Assembly: GCA_946409645.1 (NCBI GenBank)
Contig: CAMJXE010000007.1
Location: 2,468 to 66,467 of the forward strand
DNA length: 64,000 nucleotides
Source: an uncultured Bacteroidales bacterium
GTDB taxonomy: Bacteria > Bacteroidota > Bacteroidia > Bacteroidales > WCHB1-69
Direction of reading: 5' to 3'
Shown here: in pieces, positions 59,685-64,000 of the stretch
Layout of the letters: each line of letters begins with the position of its first letter
How positions within the stretch are numbered: position 1 is the stretch's first letter
Program-made: the position numbers and the translations under genes
The notes under the pieces: model-generated
Told to the model about the DNA's origin: nothing
What the model saw: the letters and a program-made list of their open reading frames with translations, nothing else
Database searches by the model: none

Positions 59685-62609
59685 ATGCCGGAAGAAAAAA
59701 TAAAAAAGCCGCGTTTGGGACAGGCGGCAACAGAATTTAACGTGTCAATGGATCGAATTGTCGATGTCCTGAAAAAAAACGGACTTGAGATCAGTTCCCC
59801 GACTCTGAATTCGAAATTAACGGAGGAGATGTATATTTGCCTGCAAAAAGAGCTGGCAAAGGACAAAATGGTGAAGGAGAAGTCTGACCAAATTCTTCCT
59901 TCCAAGAACAAGAAAGAAGATGCCAAATCCACCGCTATTACAAAAAACCACGAGGAAGATACTGACAATCACGTCATTATCCATTCCACTAATATTCCCA
60001 CAATCGAAACCCCGACGACTGTTCTCCCGGGTGTGAAAGTATTGGACAAAATCGACTTGGACGCCCTCAAACCCTCCAAGTCTAAATCTTCGAAAAAAGA
60101 GGTTGAACCGACTTCTGAACCCAAACCTGAGGAAGAGGCCTCCCAGAAATCTCCGGCAAATCTCCAGGAGACCTCCGCTGCGGAAACAACTGAGACAACG
60201 GAACAGCCACAAGAGAATAGTGAGGATGCTGAAAAACCCGAACATATTGAAACGGTTACCCATATTACAGGACCCGAAATCATCGGCAAAATAGATCCTG
60301 AAGCTCTGAAAACCAAGAAAAAAACCTCTTCTAAGGAGAAAAAATCTCAAAAGAAGGAAAAACAACAGTCCAAACAAGCAAAAACAGCTCCAGAAACTCC
60401 TAAAAGAGAAGAACCCAAACAGGAAGAACCTAAAAAAGAAATTCCGCAACAGCCTACTCCTGAACATATTGAAACGGTTGTCAACACCATCAAGGGACCG
60501 ACTATCCTCGGTACTATTGACTTGTCACGAATTCAAGGCAACAAAACCAACGGCAAAAAGGACGAACATCGCAACGCCGAAAATCAGGAGAAAAAGAAAA
60601 AGAAAAGGAAACGCGTCGCAAAACCTGTTAAAACTTCCGCAAATCCTAACGTTAAGGAGGAGAAAAAGCAGAAACAAGAACCTGAAAAGGTTGAGATTTC
60701 CGCTGAAGATATCCATCGTCGTATCAAAGAGACCAAAATGCGTCTCGAAAACAATACGAAGAAAACCTCTACCGCAGCAAAACGTAGAAAAGAGAAACGT
60801 CAACTTATCCACGAACGTATTGAGGAACAAGAACTTCAGGCAATCGAGGATCAGAAGACCTTGCGGGTGACAGAGTTCATAACCGCCAATGAACTGGCCA
60901 CTCTGATGAACGTGGATGTCACCAAGATTATCTCCACCTGCATGAGCATCGGCCTTTTCGTCTCCATCAACCAACGTTTGGATGCCGAAAACATCGCCAT
61001 GCTGGCCGAAGAGTTCGGCTTCAAGGTGGAATTCATCGATGCGGAAGAGGAAGATAATATGCATAATACGGAAGATGCTGACAAAGAGGAAGATCTGCAA
61101 CCGCGTCACCCGATTATCACGGTGATGGGCCACGTTGACCATGGTAAAACTTCCCTGTTGGACTACATCCGCAAGACCAACGTCATTGCCGGTGAGGCCG
61201 GCGGTATCACCCAGCACATCGGTGCATACGAGGTGAGCCTGCCTGACGGACGTAAAATCACCTTCCTCGATACGCCCGGTCACGAAGCGTTCACCGCTAT
61301 GCGTGCCCGCGGTGCCAAAATCACCGACTTGTGTATCATCGTAGTCGCTGCAGACGACGCCGTGATGCCGCAAACGGTCGAGGCTATCAACCACGCCCAG
61401 GCCGCCGGCGTCCCGATGGTGTTCGCCATCACGAAAATCGATAAACCCAACGCCAATCCCGACAAAATCCGTGAGGAATTAGCCAATATGAATATCCTCG
61501 TGGAGGAATGGGGCGGCAAGTATCAATGTCAGGAAATCGATGCCAAACACGGTGACAATGTACAAGAGCTGTTGGAAAAAGTGCTGTTAGAGGCTGATTT
61601 GCTCGATTTGAAGGCCAACCCGAACCGTCCCGGCGTGGGTGCGGTCATCGAATCCGCTTTGGACAAAGGCCGCGGCTATGTGGCCAAAGTGCTGGTTCAG
61701 AACGGCACGCTCGCTGTTGGCGACCCGATACTGGCCGGCAGCTGCTTCGGCAAGGTCAAGGCCATGTTCAACGAACGTAACCAGCCCGTGAAATCCGCTG
61801 GTCCGGCGCAGCCTGTGCTGCTGTTGGGTCTGAACGGCGCTCCGCAAGCCGGTGACACCTTCAAGGTTTGCGAATCCGAACAGGAAGCCCGCGGCATTGC
61901 CACCAAACGCGCCCGACTTGCCCGTGAGATGGGTCTGCGCACGCAAAAGCACGTCACCCTCGAAGAAATCGGCCGCCGTATCGCAATCGGCGACTTCAAA
62001 GAGCTCAACATCATCGTCAAGGGTGATGTCGATGGCTCAGTGGAAGCTCTGGCCGGCGAGTTGCTGAAACTCAGCACCGAACAGGTGCAGGTCAACGTCA
62101 TCCACAAGTCCGTGGGTCAGGTAACCGAAACCGACGTGATGCTGGCAACTGCCTCCAATGCCCTCATCGTGGCCTTCCAGGTGCGTCCTTCTGCCAACGC
62201 CCGCAAAATGGCTGAGGCTGAACAAATTGACATACGCACCTACTCCATCATCTACACCGCCATCAACGAGATCAAGGACGCTATCGCCGGTATGCACTCA
62301 CCCGAAATCCGCGAAAAAGTGGTCTGCAACATCGAAATCCGCGAGGTGTTCCACATCTCCAAGGTCGGCAACGTGGCCGGCTGTATGGTGCTCGACGGCA
62401 AGCTGCAGCGTAACACGAAGATCCGCCTCATCCGCGACGGTATCGTCATCTACACCGGTAAACTCGGCTCCCTGCGCCGCTTCAAGGACGATGTCAAAGA
62501 GGTGGTCGCCGGTCAGGACTGCGGTCTGAACATCGACGGCTGCAACGACATCAAGGTCGGCGACATCATCGAAGGCTACGAGGAATTCGAGGTGGCTTAC
62601 GGAAAATAG
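59685..62609 (+). CDS. infB: Translation initiation factor IF-2
   Basis: [54 protein letters not shown]. Confidence 0.98.
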   Translation: MPEEKIKKPRLGQAATEFNVSMDRIVDVLKKNGLEISSPTLNSKLTEEMYICLQKELAKDKMVKEKSDQILPSKNKKEDAKSTAITKNHEEDTDNHVIIHSTNIPTIETPTTVLPGVKVLDKIDLDALKPSKSKSSKKEVEPTSEPKPEEEASQKSPANLQETSAAETTETTEQPQENSEDAEKPEHIETVTHITGPEIIGKIDPEALKTKKKTSSKEKKSQKKEKQQSKQAKTAPETPKREEPKQEEPKKEIPQQPTPEHIETVVNTIKGPTILGTIDLSRIQGNKTNGKKDEHRNAENQEKKKKKRKRVAKPVKTSANPNVKEEKKQKQEPEKVEISAEDIHRRIKETKMRLENNTKKTSTAAKRRKEKRQLIHERIEEQELQAIEDQKTLRVTEFITANELATLMNVDVTKIISTCMSIGLFVSINQRLDAENIAMLAEEFGFKVEFIDAEEEDNMHNTEDADKEEDLQPRHPIITVMGHVDHGKTSLLDYIRKTNVIAGEAGGITQHIGAYEVSLPDGRKITFLDTPGHEAFTAMRARGAKITDLCIIVVAADDAVMPQTVEAINHAQAAGVPMVFAITKIDKPNANPDKIREELANMNILVEEWGGKYQCQEIDAKHGDNVQELLEKVLLEADLLDLKANPNRPGVGAVIESALDKGRGYVAKVLVQNGTLAVGDPILAGSCFGKVKAMFNERNQPVKSAGPAQPVLLLGLNGAPQAGDTFKVCESEQEARGIATKRARLAREMGLRTQKHVTLEEIGRRIAIGDFKELNIIVKGDVDGSVEALAGELLKLSTEQVQVNVIHKSVGQVTETDVMLATASNALIVAFQVRPSANARKMAEAEQIDIRTYSIIYTAINEIKDAIAGMHSPEIREKVVCNIEIREVFHISKVGNVAGCMVLDGKLQRNTKIRLIRDGIVIYTGKLGSLRRFKDDVKEVVAGQDCGLNIDGCNDIKVGDIIEGYEEFEVAYGK

Positions 62610-62632
62610 ACGGCGAATTTGCTGATAATAAA

Positions 62633-62667
62633 GGCAGGCGATGTCAAGAACGTCGCCTGCTTTTTTT
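62633..62667 (+). terminator. Intrinsic terminator after infB
   Basis: gcaggcgat...gtcgcctgc followed by T7. Confidence 0.8.
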
Positions 62668-62737
62668 AGTTAGCAGTTTTAGGGGAAGTCCTCGTGCTGG
62701 TCGCATCCGCATCCCCCGCACTGCGGTTACGAATATA

Positions 62738-63661
62738 TTATTTCAGCAGTGACAACACCATCTCTGGGGTAAAATCGACCTTGATAACGGTACAGAGGCC
62801 GTGACCCATGTCTTTGGCGGAAGCACCAAGCAACCACACTTCGTCGTCAACAATCAGATAGCGGTCGTGGATATGCAGTGGTAGCTGAATCTTTTTGATT
62901 TCAGCATTTTGCTCGTTATGCTTTTCAAAGTCCAATTCCGTCTGCTTGCTGAAGCGTGTGTGAACGGTACATTCAACGCCAACAGCCCGCTTATCGAGCA
63001 AAAGAAGCGTGCGCTCGTCCACAAAGTTGTCAATCAAGATAATGCGCCGACGGACACGTCTCACCAGACTGCTTAAGAAAGAGTAGGCATCCCACACACA
63101 GCCTGTGCCAAACAACTCTTCGGTCGTTACTGCGGGCGACAGTTCTTCAATTTTGTCTAAAACCACGTCAAGTTTTTTGTCCGTCTCTATCTGCTTCTGC
63201 TCCAACACATCAACACGCTGAAAAAGCCCAGCATTGGCGGTGATAAAACGGCGCATAGCGACAAAGGCGCGCATGATGGAGATGCTCACGTCGGTGGCCC
63301 TTTTGCTCTTGAGCACAGTGGCTAACATGGCAACACCCTGTTCGGTGAAAGCAAACATATCAGTGCCACCGGTGTTGTAACCAGGAGGTATCACAATTTG
63401 TGACACCCCGCTGGAAATCAATTGATTAGACTCATTTTCGGTCAATCGCAGCATAAAATCGTCGGGAAATTTAGCAAGATTGCGGCGCACAGCCTGCTTC
63501 AATACACGGTTCTCCACACCGTAGAGTAACGCCAAATCGCGGTCAATCATCACCTGCACGTTCTTCACAGTGTAGATGCGGGCTTGTATATCTGCAAGCG
63601 ACACGGACTGACTATCATGAAGCACAACGGCTTTTATTTTATTTGTTTGTTTTTCTTCCAT
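62738..63661 (-). CDS. ORF6N-domain DNA-binding protein with PLD-like C-terminal domain
   Basis: QVMIDRDLA.LYGVE...QAVRRN..KFPDDFM.RL, AFTEQGVAMLA.VLKS; C-terminal LIDNFVD...HDRYLIVD...LGASAKDMG. Confidence 0.9.
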   Translation of the reverse strand: MEEKQTNKIKAVVLHDSQSVSLADIQARIYTVKNVQVMIDRDLALLYGVENRVLKQAVRRNLAKFPDDFMLRLTENESNQLISSGVSQIVIPPGYNTGGTDMFAFTEQGVAMLATVLKSKRATDVSISIMRAFVAMRRFITANAGLFQRVDVLEQKQIETDKKLDVVLDKIEELSPAVTTEELFGTGCVWDAYSFLSSLVRRVRRRIILIDNFVDERTLLLLDKRAVGVECTVHTRFSKQTELDFEKHNEQNAEIKKIQLPLHIHDRYLIVDDEVWLLGASAKDMGHGLCTVIKVDFTPEMVLSLLK

Positions 63662-63700
63662 GATGCAAAAGTCTTCAAGGACGCGGTTACTAATGTGTTA

Positions 63701-63793
63701 TTATAACAGTGACAACATCATATCGGGAGTGAAATCGACCTTAAAGGTTTGGAGGTCACAATTTGTGACCTCCAGTTTCTGTTTCTTCGCCAT
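63701..63793 (-). pseudogene. Internally deleted ORF6N-type paralog (30-aa mini-ORF)
   Basis: MAKKQKLEVTNCDLQTFKVDFTPDMMLSLL*; the last 13 aa match the C-terminus of 62738..63661; promoter TAATTTTG on minus 63830-63837. Confidence 0.7.
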
Positions 63794-64000
63794 AATCCCG
63801 TTTTATAAAATGTTTATAATTTCCGCCTGCAAAATTACAAAAACAATTCGAGAAAAACAATGGCAAAATTAATATAACTAATTAAAAATCAAATATATAA
63901 AAATATCATTTTTCGATATAATAGTTGCTGTTTTCGTGATCAAAATTACAAATTGTAAAAAATGTATGAAACAAAAGGTCATTCCAATTGTCGGAGCTGT

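Noticed and set aside
60240-60520. Repeated PEHIETV...GP.I.G.ID segments in infB
   Set aside because: Ordinary repeats of the variable IF-2 N-terminal region.

Overview
The window is 64 kb of a Bacteroidota (Bacteroidales-like) chromosome, judged from TAnnTTTG promoters, T9SS cargo proteins and a PorV-family gene. The housekeeping backbone includes ileS, nadC, uvrD/pcrA, greA, murF, anmK, guaA, cinA, xerD, tRNA-Arg, tRNA-Gln, nusA and infB. It is interrupted by small accessory patches with no integrase: about 1-2.4 kb, 5.9-13.8 kb, 47-48.4 kb, 50.1-54.0 kb (after guaA) and 62.7-64 kb. Main leads: (1) A hypothetical gene present twice, 41.6 kb apart, carries inside its coding sequence a consensus antisense promoter followed by a ~65-nt terminated hairpin, suggesting a toxin/antisense-RNA module. 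(2) Three unrelated DNA-binding genes (RhuM-, ORF6N- and Fic-HTH-type) each carry a long palindrome in their own CDS, and two of them share a PLD-like C-terminal domain. (3) A multi-stem leader RNA with two GNRA tetraloops and mutually exclusive terminator/antiterminator folds sits upstream of an XRE gene. (4) An orphan promoter and hairpin suggest an sRNA. (5) An operon encodes a TonB-dependent receptor, a giant T9SS cargo protein and a PorV-family protein. All calls come from reading the sequence; no database searches were run.
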